Origin: Hamiltosporidium tvaerminnensis FI-OER-3-3
Lineage: Eukaryota > Fungi > Microsporidia
DNA length: 64,000 nt
Direction: 5' to 3'
Assembly: GCA_022605425.2 (NCBI GenBank)
Contig: CM061247.1
Span: 1,550,001 to 1,614,000, forward strand
Of this stretch, positions 52,512 through 64,000 are shown in pieces; position 1 is the stretch's first letter; each line of letters opens with the position of its first letter. A model generated the notes under the pieces. It was given only the letters and a program-made list of their open reading frames with translations, made no database searches and had not been told where the DNA came from. Position numbers and translations under genes: made by a program.

Positions 52512-52639
52512 TACTGAACTGTTTTAAAATATTTTTATTTTTAAATTATTTATTCTATTCAGTTGACATGGCTTTATTTATGTCCCTAAATATTACTTTT
52601 TAATTCTTAATCTCTGATCATATAAAATAGTTTAGAAAT

Positions 52640-52986
52640 AAATATTTATAACGAATCAATCCTTATTTAATTCTTAATATCTTAACTAATAAAATAATTT
52701 AAGAATAAATATTCATAAATTTTAAATCTTTATTTAATCTTTCCTTCTCTCTTTTAGTAAAATAATTTCATAATAAATATTTATAAAGTATGAATCTTTA
52801 TTTAATCTTTCACCTTTTCGATACAAATAGAAAAATACAAATGTGAAATTAAATTTTTAAAGCATAAATCTTTATCTAATTCCTCCTTACAATCCAAATA
52901 AAAAAATCAAAAAATTAAAATAAAGAAATAAAATTTATAATAAAGAATTAATCTTTATTTAATCTTTCACCTTTTCGATACAAATA
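52640..52986. repeat. Degenerate tandem duplications of the lectin gene 3' end
   Basis: AATC(T/C)TTAT(T/C)TAAT at about 52658, 52726, 52793, 52867 and 52950; 52793-52829 is identical to 52950-52986 (37 nt). Confidence 0.8.
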
Positions 52987-53820
52987 ATAACCAATTGCTA
53001 CAATAACAACAGCAAAAATTAACCAAACATACTTAGAACCTTTCTTAGGTTCATGTTGTTCCCCAGTAGTGTGTGTCTTAGCAATCTTTTCAGCTGAATA
53101 CGTTCTAATACCAATTATTCGATATTCAAAGTTATTAAAAGAATTCATTGCGGAAATACCGAATTTACAATCTTTTGTAATTCCAGAATTTGAAATTTTA
53201 TAAATTTCTTGAAATCCATTATCTTTATAAGATAATGAAACTTTGAGATTATTATCAATATTTTCAATTCTTAAAATACATTTTGAATTAAAAATTGTTG
53301 GTTTGAGCTGTACGGGTGATTTTATTATGTTCGCACCTTTCGATGAAACGTCATAATTCAATTCATTTCCACATGCTACACCAATATAAGGAGAAGAAAC
53401 ACCAGCGGTTTTTGAGACAGGAGAAGTGTCTAATACTACAAGACAACCACTAAATTTTTCATTTCTACCATAACAATCCCCAGAAATAAATTCATTTTCT
53501 TTGGTCACCCAAAATGCTATTCCATTTCCATAACTCTTTTCTTCAGGTTTTATCAGTGAAAATCGAATATCTACACGAAAATTATCGAATGGAATCACAT
53601 TTTTAGATAACATTCCTCCCTTGCTGGGTCCATTCAAATAACACAAACGTAAATACGTTTTGTCACTTGAGTACGTAACAATGATATGATCGTCATAAAA
53701 TGCATATCTGTGGCTTTTTCCATTTTCATCGACACCTGGTGCAAAGAAACTGAGGAGCTCCATCAATCTAAATACTTCATTGGAAAATACAAAGCATAAA
53801 AGTCCAAAGAATATTGACAT
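52948..53820 (-). CDS. L-type (legume-like) lectin ER-Golgi cargo receptor, VIP36/ERGIC-53/Emp47 family
   Basis: Signal peptide, GNGIAFW, F.GCLVVLDT, FGISA, C-terminal TM helix (YVWLIFAVVIVAIGYYLY) and short basic tail. Confidence 0.85.
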   Translation of the reverse strand: MSIFFGLLCFVFSNEVFRLMELLSFFAPGVDENGKSHRYAFYDDHIIVTYSSDKTYLRLCYLNGPSKGGMLSKNVIPFDNFRVDIRFSLIKPEEKSYGNGIAFWVTKENEFISGDCYGRNEKFSGCLVVLDTSPVSKTAGVSSPYIGVACGNELNYDVSSKGANIIKSPVQLKPTIFNSKCILRIENIDNNLKVSLSYKDNGFQEIYKISNSGITKDCKFGISAMNSFNNFEYRIIGIRTYSAEKIAKTHTTGEQHEPKKGSKYVWLIFAVVIVAIGYYLYRKGERLNKD

Positions 53821-53929
53821 TGGGGGTCATTTTTTTTATTTCTGAAATTCAAATTTATTAAAAATACGGAAATAAAAATATTTTAAAAATTTGAATACCT
53901 CTGTTTTAGTTGTGGTTTTTTATTGAAAG

Positions 53930-54160
53930 AATAAATATAGAATACAAAGATAAAGGTAATTTAAAAATTTGAATATCTTTAATTTCATTGGTTTTACTAG
54001 TCATACAATAAATATTGAATACAAAAATAAGGATAACTTTAAATTTGAATATCCTTTCTTGCATCGAATCTTTAAAAAACACAGAATAAATGTAGAATAC
54101 AAAAATAAGGATAACCAAACAATTTGAAACCCTTTTTTGCATCGATTCTTTAAAAATATC
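53930..54160. repeat. 77-78-bp tandem repeat upstream of the lectin gene (3 units)
   Basis: GAATACAAA(A/G)ATAA at 53940, 54017 and 54095; TTGCATCGA.TCTTTAAAAA duplicated. Confidence 0.85.
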
Positions 54161-54299
54161 AAAAATTATAAAAAAATGTTGGTTTAGAAAAAATAATTTA
54201 ATTAGAAACAATCTACTTGGTAATGAGTATGTTAATTATTGTGAAAATTATTGTTTGATTTTTTGGTTAAATGAAAACCACGCTACAGCTTCTGTTTTT

Positions 54300-54895
54300 T
54301 ATGAGGCTGTATGAAGAGAAGAGGTCTACAAATACAGTGAATCTCTTCTAAAAACTTAGTTTATAGCATTTTATTTAACTAGATTGTCAAAACGATTAAG
54401 TTATAGGTAGTTGCAATGTAAAAGCATGGAAACTTGCCCTTTTTTCACTCGGATTGGAAATTTGAGACTGTGTGATACAAAAAACATACATTTTAAAGCC
54501 AAGAAATCTAAGTAGCAGGTTATATCTGTTGGTATGGCATTTTACTGTATATTTACAACTCATATAAGTCACGGTCCGGTAAAATAGACATTTATTTATT
54601 CGGTTCGTAAATTCCAGAGTGAGTGAGAATGCTGTTGTTCTTTCAGAATCATATTTTGAGTTTTTACATATTATCACACCCTATGCAACGGATATTGACG
54701 AAATTGGGGCAACCTCTCTGCCCATTTAATGAGTTCTACACACCCTTTAAATAACTAGTTTCGCGATGTAGGCAATACCATGATGTGTTGGGGGGGGGTA
54801 TAAGGTATCTAAAAAGAACGTAAAAGAGCATTAATGTCATGATAAACAATAAATACTTGTCACCTTTGCAAAAAGATATATTATTGTCTTTTTAA
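54300..54895 (+). mobile_element. Structured-module element, copy D
   Basis: CTAAGTAGCAGGTTATATCTGTTGGTATG, GTTCTACACACC and TTAATGTCAT match copy A; upstream AAAAGCATGGAAAC..CACTCGG matches copy B. Confidence 0.75.
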
Positions 54896-55415
54896 AACGC
54901 TCTTGTCTCACCCTATTTTCTGAATATTACACTGGCAATAAGCAAGCATATGCAGATTATCTCAATCACTAAATCATATGAGGCTTTAAAAAAAATATTT
55001 ATGCTTTTTTGGGAAGAAATAACATCATTTTCAATCGAAATTTTTTGTAAAATAAAATCTGAAATTTCTAAACAATAAAGCTTAAAAAATACAAACCAAG
55101 GAAAAAAATAGGAGAAATAAAAAGTTTGATTAAATAAGAAAAAAATCGAGAAAAATCAAGAATATTGCATCAAATGAGAAACAAGAAAAATTTTAGAAAA
55201 GGTAGAATATATGTTTTTGATGTAAATTCCTTTTCTTATATTTTCTCTCTGCTTTTTTACGTTTACTTTATATAGGATATGATTTCTCTATTCAAATACA
55301 AAAATAATTAATTGTGAAAAAAATAGTACCTACGTTATTGAAATTCAGTTTAAAAAAACGTAAACGAATTTTAATATTGTTTCTCTTTTATATATAGTTT
55401 TGTTTCACCTAACAG

Positions 55416-55631
55416 GCGGAGAGAGGATAACCACATTAAAAACTATCCGGTTGGCAATAACTACATAGAATATGTGTTAAATTATTTGTTGACACTTTGG
55501 TGGGATATAAACCATATTGGATTTATAGGTCGATCCCTTATAATTCCGTGTTACAACAGACTAAAAGAAGCGATTGGAAAACCTCGAGTTGTTCATCTTC
55601 AATACCAAGAGGTAAAAGAGGGATGGAATAA
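55416..55631 (+). repeat. About 215-bp dispersed repeat bounded by AG and GTAAGT (copy 1)
   Basis: Aligns with the reverse complement of 63375-63588 (AGGATAACCACATTAAAAACTATC ... GGAATAAGTAAGT); partial third copy at about 54200-54285. Confidence 0.8.
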
Positions 55632-55799
55632 GTAAGTGTTTTGGCTTATATGCATATTAATAGGTTTATATTTTAAGAAACATGGGGACAGAGAATATTT
55701 TAGCGAAAATTTTCAAAATTTTTAGTAAGAAAATCTACCAAAACTACCAAAGTGTATATTTAGCCCGATTCAAACTTAGGAATAAATTCAAATTCTTAA

Positions 55800-56260
55800 T
55801 GCTGAATTAATTATGCTGGTACGAACCAATGGCATATTTTAACAGCTTGTTTCATATATTTTTGAAGTGTGGATTATATTAAATTCGACATTTATTCCAT
55901 ATAAGTTTAAATTTTATTAAAAAAGTGATATCTAATATAATTCCAAGCATTTTTCTTCTTTTTGGAATGGAATTCTTAGACACTATTTAATTAAACTAAG
56001 TTGTAAAACTTGTATTTCTCCTTAAAATACTTCCACCAATCATGTATATCACTTCACTATCTTCTACTAAATTTGACGTTTCATTTACGTTTATTGTCAG
56101 TTCTTCCTGTTGATTCAGACATCTAAAATAAGGGGTAAGATATTTTTCGTATTTAGTTGTTTAAAGCATTCTTCATAATTATTCATTTGCTTTTAAGAGA
56201 GTGTTGATTGTCTATACATCTTAGTTCTTGAATCACACTGAATGATGCCAAGATTTTTAG
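55800..56260 (-). mobile_element. Eroded 3' end of an R4-like element
   Basis: Minus strand GCATCATTCAGTGTGATT..AAATATCTTACCCCTTATTTTAGATG matches the family C-terminal tail (ASLSVI..NILPLILD). Confidence 0.6.
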
Positions 56261-56499
56261 CTAACTATATGTATTTAATATGTTTTTTTATTTAGGAGAA
56301 TTTTTGTCACAAATCACTTTCATTGTATCTATAAGTATATTTATTGCGAATAATTTGAATTGTATTACGATAAAATTGTATTATATGTATTTCCAAGATT
56401 AGAATAATGATTTTTCGTATTTTAAATGGACCTCATGTATAAATATAAATAATTCAGTTAAACTCCACCTAATTCTAAAATATTAAAAATTAGATTACC

Positions 56500-58110
56500 T
56501 TTGATATTTGTAAGAATGATTTGCTCTTTTGTACGAGTAAATGTGATAGATATATTACTTATACACTAGACTTGAATTGTTTAGATTTTTTGGATTACAA
56601 AGAAAAGACTTGATATTTTTTCGAATGAAAAAGAACCTGTCAAAAAAATTATAATGGCAAATGATATTTATCAATCTAACTTAATGATCAAACTTTAATT
56701 TTTTATTGAATACTTGTGGAAATGAGATACTAAAAGCTGTTTCAATGAATATATTTTGTTCTTAGACGTAATTGGACTTGGCTATACCTTAGAACGATTT
56801 TTTTTATAAATATGTTAAAAATTTGTATATCATGCTGTTTTATAAAACAAAAAGATTTTGAGTTACTGCCATAATCGTCTTTATTCTGATAGTGTCGCTT
56901 TTGATTATTTTAGGTGTCGGTTACAGCAAGGCTACAAAAATTATAAAAGAATTTGAGAGAGATTTCCAAAAAGTATTTGTAACAAACCAATTCAAACAAT
57001 CAAGAACTGAATGCGTTGCCCCGAAAATTCCTCTATTCCTTATTGTTAAAAGTGTTTGCGGTTTTTCTATAATTAAACTAAAAAATGGAAGTGTGAAATT
57101 TGAAGAGATTTTTAATTCATTGGAACAAAAAAATTTCAAGAAAATATTTGTACTTTTACAAGAACCAAATCTAAAAATAGAATTTGCTTCGGATCGCATA
57201 AAATTTAAAAGCGTAGTAGGTTTCATTGGTTTTTTTTACTAAAATTGGCTTTTGGTTTAAAAAAAACATCCTAGAAAAGAAATTTACAAACTTTCGAATT
57301 TCATTCATAAAGAACTATATGATAATACAAACGATATAAGGTATACATTCATTTTGTTTAAAATCATCAATGAAAAGGAAATCAAAGCTTACACATTAGA
57401 AGTAAATAACACACAAAACAAACTAAAGTCTTTATCGCTTTCTTTCAATTTTGAACATTTGAAAATATGATTCTACATTTAATTCGTCAGATTATATTAT
57501 TTTCATTTCTGAAAAAGTGCGTAAGACAGAATCTACTGAATAATAGTTTTTTAAAAGTGAAGTGTGCTAGAGAATATTGATTAAAAGGCTACAGTTTTTT
57601 TGTTTATAGTGCTTTCCAGCTTAAATCTTGACTAAAGTCAAATCAAAGGCTACCTACTACAAGATTTTTTTTATTTTTCTTGCAGATTTTTCTATTTTAT
57701 TGTTTTTGCTTTTTTATTAACGTTTTTGTCATTTACAATCAATCTGTCTTAAAATCCAATTTTTTAGTATGGAGTTAAATATTTTGCGTAGATTTACTTG
57801 CTTTCTTCTTTCTATTTGTTGTCGTGCTTTACAAAAATATTAGATGGCTGGGTATGTCCGCTTTTTGGATCAAATCATACATTTTATTTTACTTTAATAG
57901 GCAATTAAATTCAATTAATTTTTTGATTTAAATATACTATTTAGACTTTATTTGAAATACTTTCGATTGAACATATTTCCTTTGTATTTAAAGCGCTTTA
58001 TAATAACTAAATTTTTTGTTTGCAATACCATTTTGGATTAGAACGTAAAAAAATTACTCATAATAACCCTATAAATTAAGCTCGATAGAATTTTTGGCGC
58101 GTCTGGCTTT
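56500..58110 (+). repeat. About 1.6-kb dispersed repeat with fragmented ORF (copy 2)
   Basis: Inverted paralogue of 35590-37250; ORF fragment 56892-57242. Confidence 0.8.
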
Positions 58111-58649
58111 ACAGTACTCCTGTTTTATTATTTGTGGAGAATCATGGTAAAAATATCGAATTCAATGAATCTAACAATATTATTTAGTGATCATGTTCAA
58201 AATCTTATATTATAATTTTAAATGTATTGATATTAACATATAAATTAAATTAAATAATATAATAGCAATAATATATCAATTGAATTTATCCATAATCAAT
58301 TAAAATATTTTATTTCTCTAATCTTTATTAAATTTTATTTCAAACTTTTATTTTAATATATTATATTGATTAATAGAAAATCTAATGGTCTTTAAAAAGG
58401 TTCTTCAAAACAATCAAAACAATAATATATGATATGAAAATACCAAAACTAGTGATTTCATGATTTTTCTTCTTTTCATACTCATAGTTTTGCTTATATT
58501 AGTATGTTTGCTCGCAAAACTTGTGATATATTCTATATTTCTTGTATTTCTATTGATCTTGCTCACAATATTTGGTGTTTCTGTAGATGTAATTGGCACA
58601 AATAATTTAGATACAATCGGATTTCCACCACAACAATTTCCCAATTCAT

Positions 58650-61600
58650 CAAACGCAACAAAATTTTAAATAAATTCTTTGTTAACACAAAAAACAATTA
58701 TTGATTCTTCTAAACACTTTGCTTTTTAACATTAAAAAATATTTGAATATTTTTTTGCTCTTCTCTCCTTCTTTTTATAAGCTGAAAGTTTTCTTTGTTA
58801 TATATTCGTATTGTTTAAAAATTTGCTTTTTTTAAGTTATATTTATCATTTTTAACCTATAAGTTTATTAGATACAATGAAACACTCAATAGCATCGAAT
58901 TGATTTAATTCTTTGAAAAATTGTATAATTTAAATCATCTGATACAATAAAGGAACACTAAACAGTTTTTGGACTAAAATAGATTTTTTTCGATATTTTT
59001 GTAACTTATCACTTTATAAAAAGCTTTGAAGCACATTAGTGAACATTTACGGGTCTGCAAAGGAAAAAAACCATTTAATTTACCAATATAAGCATAATAT
59101 AATCTTTCTATATCTTATGAGCCGGTTTTGATTGACATCATTGATAATTCACTCGGAAATAATTGACTTTCGAATAATTATTCCATGCTTATATTTGTGC
59201 AGAAATTTAGCTTATTTTATCTGTTTTTACCATATTTTATTTTCTTAGATATTTTCGTTCTTTAATACAATAAATTTTAAGTTTTGAGGAATTTAGATTC
59301 CATGAATGTTATCTATTAGATTATATAAGAATAGGCCTTACTTTCAGACATATAATATTTTAATAATTTATTCGATATATTTGAATATTATTTATCCAAT
59401 TATAATCACTTTCTGAAAATGTAACCATAAAATATCAAGATTAATATAATTTATAATTATTGGTTAAAGTAAAATCCAAATAATAGCACATAGCCCTATA
59501 AGTTTATTGAACATACTTACTTATTATCCCCTCTCTCATTTACCTCTCGATGTCGAGGATTAGCAACTGTAAATTTTCCAATTGCTTCTTTTAATTTGTT
59601 GTAACTGGGAATTATAAAGGATTGGCCTATAGTTTCGATGCGGTTTACATCCCATCAAAATGGTAACAAATAATTCCAAATCATTCTATGCATTTTTTGC
59701 TAATCAATAGTTTTTGATATGGTTATTCTCTCTCCACCTTTGCTGAATATACAAATTTTTATTTATTACATTGTTTTTTATTCATAAAATATGTTCTAAA
59801 ATATTTCTTAAAGATATATTTTATAAATTTTCTGATTTGAGTTCATCGAAATCGTGTTTCATGATATCACAAAAAAATATAATTTAAGTTGCAGGTATAA
59901 ATTACTTGTGAAGATGACTCCTTTTATTCTATTTTTAATCATTTATATTATATTATATATCTATCGCTATTTAAGAGATTCTCAAACTATTAATTTTCAC
60001 ATTTTCAGAAAACCAAATATTTACGTAAATGTATATGTAAAAAAAGGTTTGTCAAAATTTCAAACCATCAAATATAAATTTCATACAAAGTTTTCTTCAA
60101 CTTTAAAAGTACAAATTCTTTTACGTTTGAAATACTTTAAACGTAAAAACTTAGGTTTTGAAAATGAGTAGTCCTGGATTTCGCCAATAATGTATTTCTT
60201 AGCACTGGCAATAAATTTCAATCTTTATCCGTCTTAAATCGCCAAAAACTTTCACTTGATATGTTTAAACTTTTAATTTACTATTTCTTTGGGAAATGCT
60301 TATATATTTTTTTTAGAGGATCCAAAGATGGCAGATAAAAAGTTTCACTTTGCAAATTATCTAAATTAAATATAATTATTTTATACTTAAAGCTTAATAC
60401 AGTCAAATATAATTTCTTTTGTCTAATACTTAATCCTATGCCATGGTACTTTATATCTTCATTCATCCTTAGCACTACATCCCTGCCCGAATCTTTTCCG
60501 TCATCAGTAATGCGCCCAACGGTCTCTTCCTAATGGGTTCGTTTACTATTTTGAGTTTCTTAACAGGGTGATTTTAAAGAGGGGATTCTTAGCCCCAAGC
60601 CCAACTCCCAACCTAAAGAACCAGTCACTTTTGATTGCCTCTTACGACAAACAGAGAATATTTAAGCCAATCCCGGTTCCCGCATGTTGGGTAAATCTTT
60701 ATACCTATGATATTTTAAAAAACATACACATCTATATTTTAAATTTGTAAATTTTTTATATTATATTGGCATATCAGAAAATTTTCTAAGAAAATTTAAT
60801 TAGAATGCAGTTTATTTTTATAAACAAAATTCTAACTGAAGCAATAATTTAATTGTCATTATTGATGTAAACTTTATTCTTGGTAAACACATAAAATCTT
60901 TACTGTTATGTATTAAAACCTTAAATACATTTTATCTTACTTTTGAATAAATATTTGATATGTTTTAATATAAAAGTCTCAATGCAAGTTATCAAAACAG
61001 TTTTCCTGCTTTTTAAAATTTCTGATAGATAAGACACTCATTATCAAACGTATTTTTAAACCAGCTTGTTATTTTCTTTAGAAATACTTATATATCGATT
61101 TTTTTTTCGGTATTTTTAATTTTAAGAAAATCACTATTAAATTTAAAAGTTTTTTTTGAACTCAATAATAAAATTCTAACTATTCAGTCAAAATGGGTAT
61201 TTCAGCAGAATTTGAAAATCGGCTTTTTAGTTTTCTCTAATTAAATCCAAATTCGAAAAATCAGGGACTTAGTATAATATTATTATTCAAAAATTTAATT
61301 TTCTTCTGTTTTGTATATCTATAATATCTTTATTTTCGTACTATAAATCAAGAAACTTATGTATTTGTTTTAATACTTCTATTTCTAAATGATCCTAAGA
61401 CTCTTTAGGAGCCCAAAACCACCCGAAGATCTCTTTCTTTTCTTTTCCTAAGACTTTCTTATTCAATTATTTATGATGATTTGATTGAATACTGTAGTTT
61501 CTATGTTTTGTTTCCAAGTTTATATATACTTCTTTTGGATAATATAAATTTTTTAAGTACACAACAGTATATTCAAAAGCAAATATTTTACAATTTTTAT

Positions 61601-62135
61601 ACTTTATTGCTAAAAAATACATAAATTATTTTCCCAGAATAAGTTCACTACATTTAAAGAATTTTGCTCAAATATAGAAAAATTTTGTTTCGGTTTGTAT
61701 TTATTGATTCCTTTAAGGAGCTGTAGCACTATAAAGTTAGTTAGTTATTTTTTAATTTTATAAAATTTCTATCTTATGATTACTTAATTATTAGATTATG
61801 TATATTATAATAGTATTGGCTATTTAAGAACGTTTTTAGATTCTTTTTTATTCGAAATGATATATCTTCGCTTAAAATGATATTTATGATTAAAATTGAT
61901 CGTCAAAATTTAATTTGGATAATGGTTTACATTAAGGATTCAAAAATTTCGATAAAAATGTCTATATTTGACTTATAAGTGATATAACAACAATATAATA
62001 TCTAGGAATATAAATTCACAGTGTTCACAGATAGTATGAAGGTACATTTTCTGCTAAATGCAATTACGCATTTATTTAAATCTCTTTGTATTTTATAAGT
62101 AAATATTTCTCATTTTTCTTATTTTTATGAATCAT
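58650..62135 (-). pseudogene. Possible decayed LRR-like family gene interrupted by the RTE-derived SINE
   Basis: Candidate ATG near 62135, then basic and hydrophobic residues like the N-terminus of 13755-16142; LxxLxL-like fragments downstream; many stops. Confidence 0.3.
60458..60705 (-). mobile_element. RTE-derived non-autonomous SINE-like element, copy 2
   Basis: Reverse complement AAATATTCTCTGTTTGTCGTAAGAGGC..GTTGGGCTTGGGGCTAAG..GGAAGAGACCGTTGGGC..GGGATGTAGTGC with GATGAATGAA tail; collinear with 31652-31890. Confidence 0.75.
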
Positions 62136-62569
62136 GGCTAACAAATTATAAAAAAGCTCACAAAAATTTAGAAAAAATTTTAGGTTTTTAAATAAAAATT
62201 AGAATATATGAATGTTTGTTTACAGTTTTTTTCCTTTCTCTACTAAGAATAATACAATATAGAAGTAAATTAAGGCTTGGTTGTTTTATTCGAGCGCTTT
62301 GGGGATTTTCTTTGAAAGCTTAGGCTTTCGGTTTAACACAAACCTTTCCTGTTCGATGGATAAAAAGTGTCTAAACCCTGATCCAATTAGGCTATTCAAA
62401 ACCAAATTTCGATACTTTTACTAAATAAAAATTGACTTTTATGTAATATTAAATTACGAATCAAATGCAAATCAATTTTTTTATTTATTTTTTATTAATT
62501 TAAATTAAATTTCGTTTAAATTACCCCATATCTTCTAATTAAACACAAGTAAAGTCTTTAATACTAAAT

Positions 62570-63250
62570 TAGTAGTAAAACTATTCAAGTGATCCTCAAA
62601 AATACGTTTGTAAAAAAAGAGCAGACACCTGAATAGAAAATGATTTGCTATTTGATATAATAAACCGAATATGTTTATTTTATAAGAAATTAGACGGGAT
62701 AACCCGTTTGAGGTTGGAATTACTTCTCAAGACTCACTTCAAATAGTTGAAACTGAAAAACTTAAAAAGTATGACGTATGAGCCATCATGTCAACTTTTA
62801 CCTATAATTAAATGTTGAAAAGTGATTCTATATTTGATAATATGGATTGGTATTGTATCGAAATACATAAAAATGTACTTTAAGGTGCTTTATGTATATT
62901 TACAAATATATTCAGTAGATATATTTGAAATCAACCATAAAAATTCTTTTTATCAAAGAATGTGATCTGAGTTAAGACCAGATGAGAGCAGAAAAAAGAC
63001 ATCCGGATATGTAGTACAGAGAACTAATATACGAGCAACCGACACTTATTTCGAATATATACCAACTAGAAATGATCACACACAGACGAATACCCGTTTA
63101 AAAAATACACGATTTAAAAAAATGGCTAAAAACAAAGCAGAACTCAAAGTATAAAAAAAACAGTTAAAATGTTATATAAATAAATCCGAGAACAGGGTTA
63201 AAAGAAACAAACAACCAAGGAAGAAGAAACATCTAAGATTAAATAAAATT
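62570..63250 (+). mobile_element. Degenerate 3' fragment of an R4-like element
   Basis: GAGGTTGGAATTACTTCTCAAGACTCACTTCAAATAGTTGAAACTGAAAAACTTAAAAAGTATGAC (EVGITSQDSLQIVETEKLKKYD); ends ATTAAATAAAATT. Confidence 0.85.
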
Positions 63251-63374
63251 TATTTTTAATTCTCATTAAATGAAACAATTTCAAGAAATTTAATATTTTT
63301 TTGTAAAAAATAAATTATTGCAATATTTAAAAAAATAACTAATTTTATCTAAGATGTATCAATAAAATACTTAC

Positions 63375-63588
63375 TTATTCCATTCCTTTTTTATCTCTTG
63401 GCGGCGAGGATGAACAAATGACACATTTCCATTTATTTCTTTTAATCTATTGTAGCTCAGAATTATAGGGGATTGCCATATAGATCGATGTGGTTTATAT
63501 CCTACCAGAATCTCAGCAATGATTTTCACACGAATTGTCACACTCGTTACCAAGCAGATAGTTTTTAATGTGGTTATCCTTCTTCCGC
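63375..63588 (-). repeat. About 215-bp dispersed repeat bounded by AG and GTAAGT (copy 2)
   Basis: Paralogue of 55416-55631; translations share YNRLKE..G....VH...QE.K..WNK. Confidence 0.8.
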
Positions 63589-64000
63589 CTTGAATACTTA
63601 AAATCTAAACTATAATTTTACAAAATAAACCCACGCTATTTTTTACGATGCATTTTTCAGATATTTCAATAAATATTATTTTTTTTTTATTTTTTTAGGA
63701 ATTTTGATGATTAAATATTTATTGCAAAAAAGAATAATTTTCTATTTAAAGAATGGTGTGATCATCAATATTAAGGAAAGAAACGATAATTATTAAATCA
63801 TAACAGAAATTTATCAAAATATAATTATATTTATCACTAATTTTCATATGTCAATTGAACAGGAAAAATTCAATATTTTTTCTGGTAATTTTAGTTCTAA
63901 AATTTATTAAATTTTTAAAAATAGAAATAAGAGCTTATTGATTCGAATGAAGTCAATATTTTTAATATTATAAAGCTGTCATGTTAAATTTTGAAATATT

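Overview
Very AT-rich, gene-sparse eukaryotic DNA, most consistent with a large-genome microsporidian (Hamiltosporidium-like). This is an inference from compact intronless genes, CCC motifs just before start codons, lineage-specific secreted/LRR-like genes and the transposon load. Recognisable host genes are transketolase, RPL35 and an L-type lectin cargo receptor, plus three large lineage-specific ORFs and several pseudogenes. Most of the rest is transposon-derived. (i) A single-ORF R4/Dong-like RT + restriction-like-endonuclease (RLE) non-LTR family: two full-length copies, one 5'-truncated copy with a 13-bp target-site duplication (TSD) and many relics; TSD mapping suggests full-length copies start almost at the ATG, with virtually no 5' UTR. 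(ii) A DD34E Tc1/IS630 transposon with 48-bp TIRs (43132-48308) that contains one whole LINE copy. (iii) A four-copy family ending in a GC-rich, apparently structured ~430-nt non-coding RNA module, one copy with a perfect 12-bp TSD. (iv) An RTE LINE relic and a two-copy ~240-bp RTE-derived SINE-like element. (v) A hAT MITE with an 8-bp TSD. (vi) Two unexplained dispersed repeats. Unrelated tandem arrays with 75-78-bp units recur in or beside real genes. No rRNA, tRNA or CRISPR array was recognised. All alignments were made by eye, and relic boundaries are approximate.
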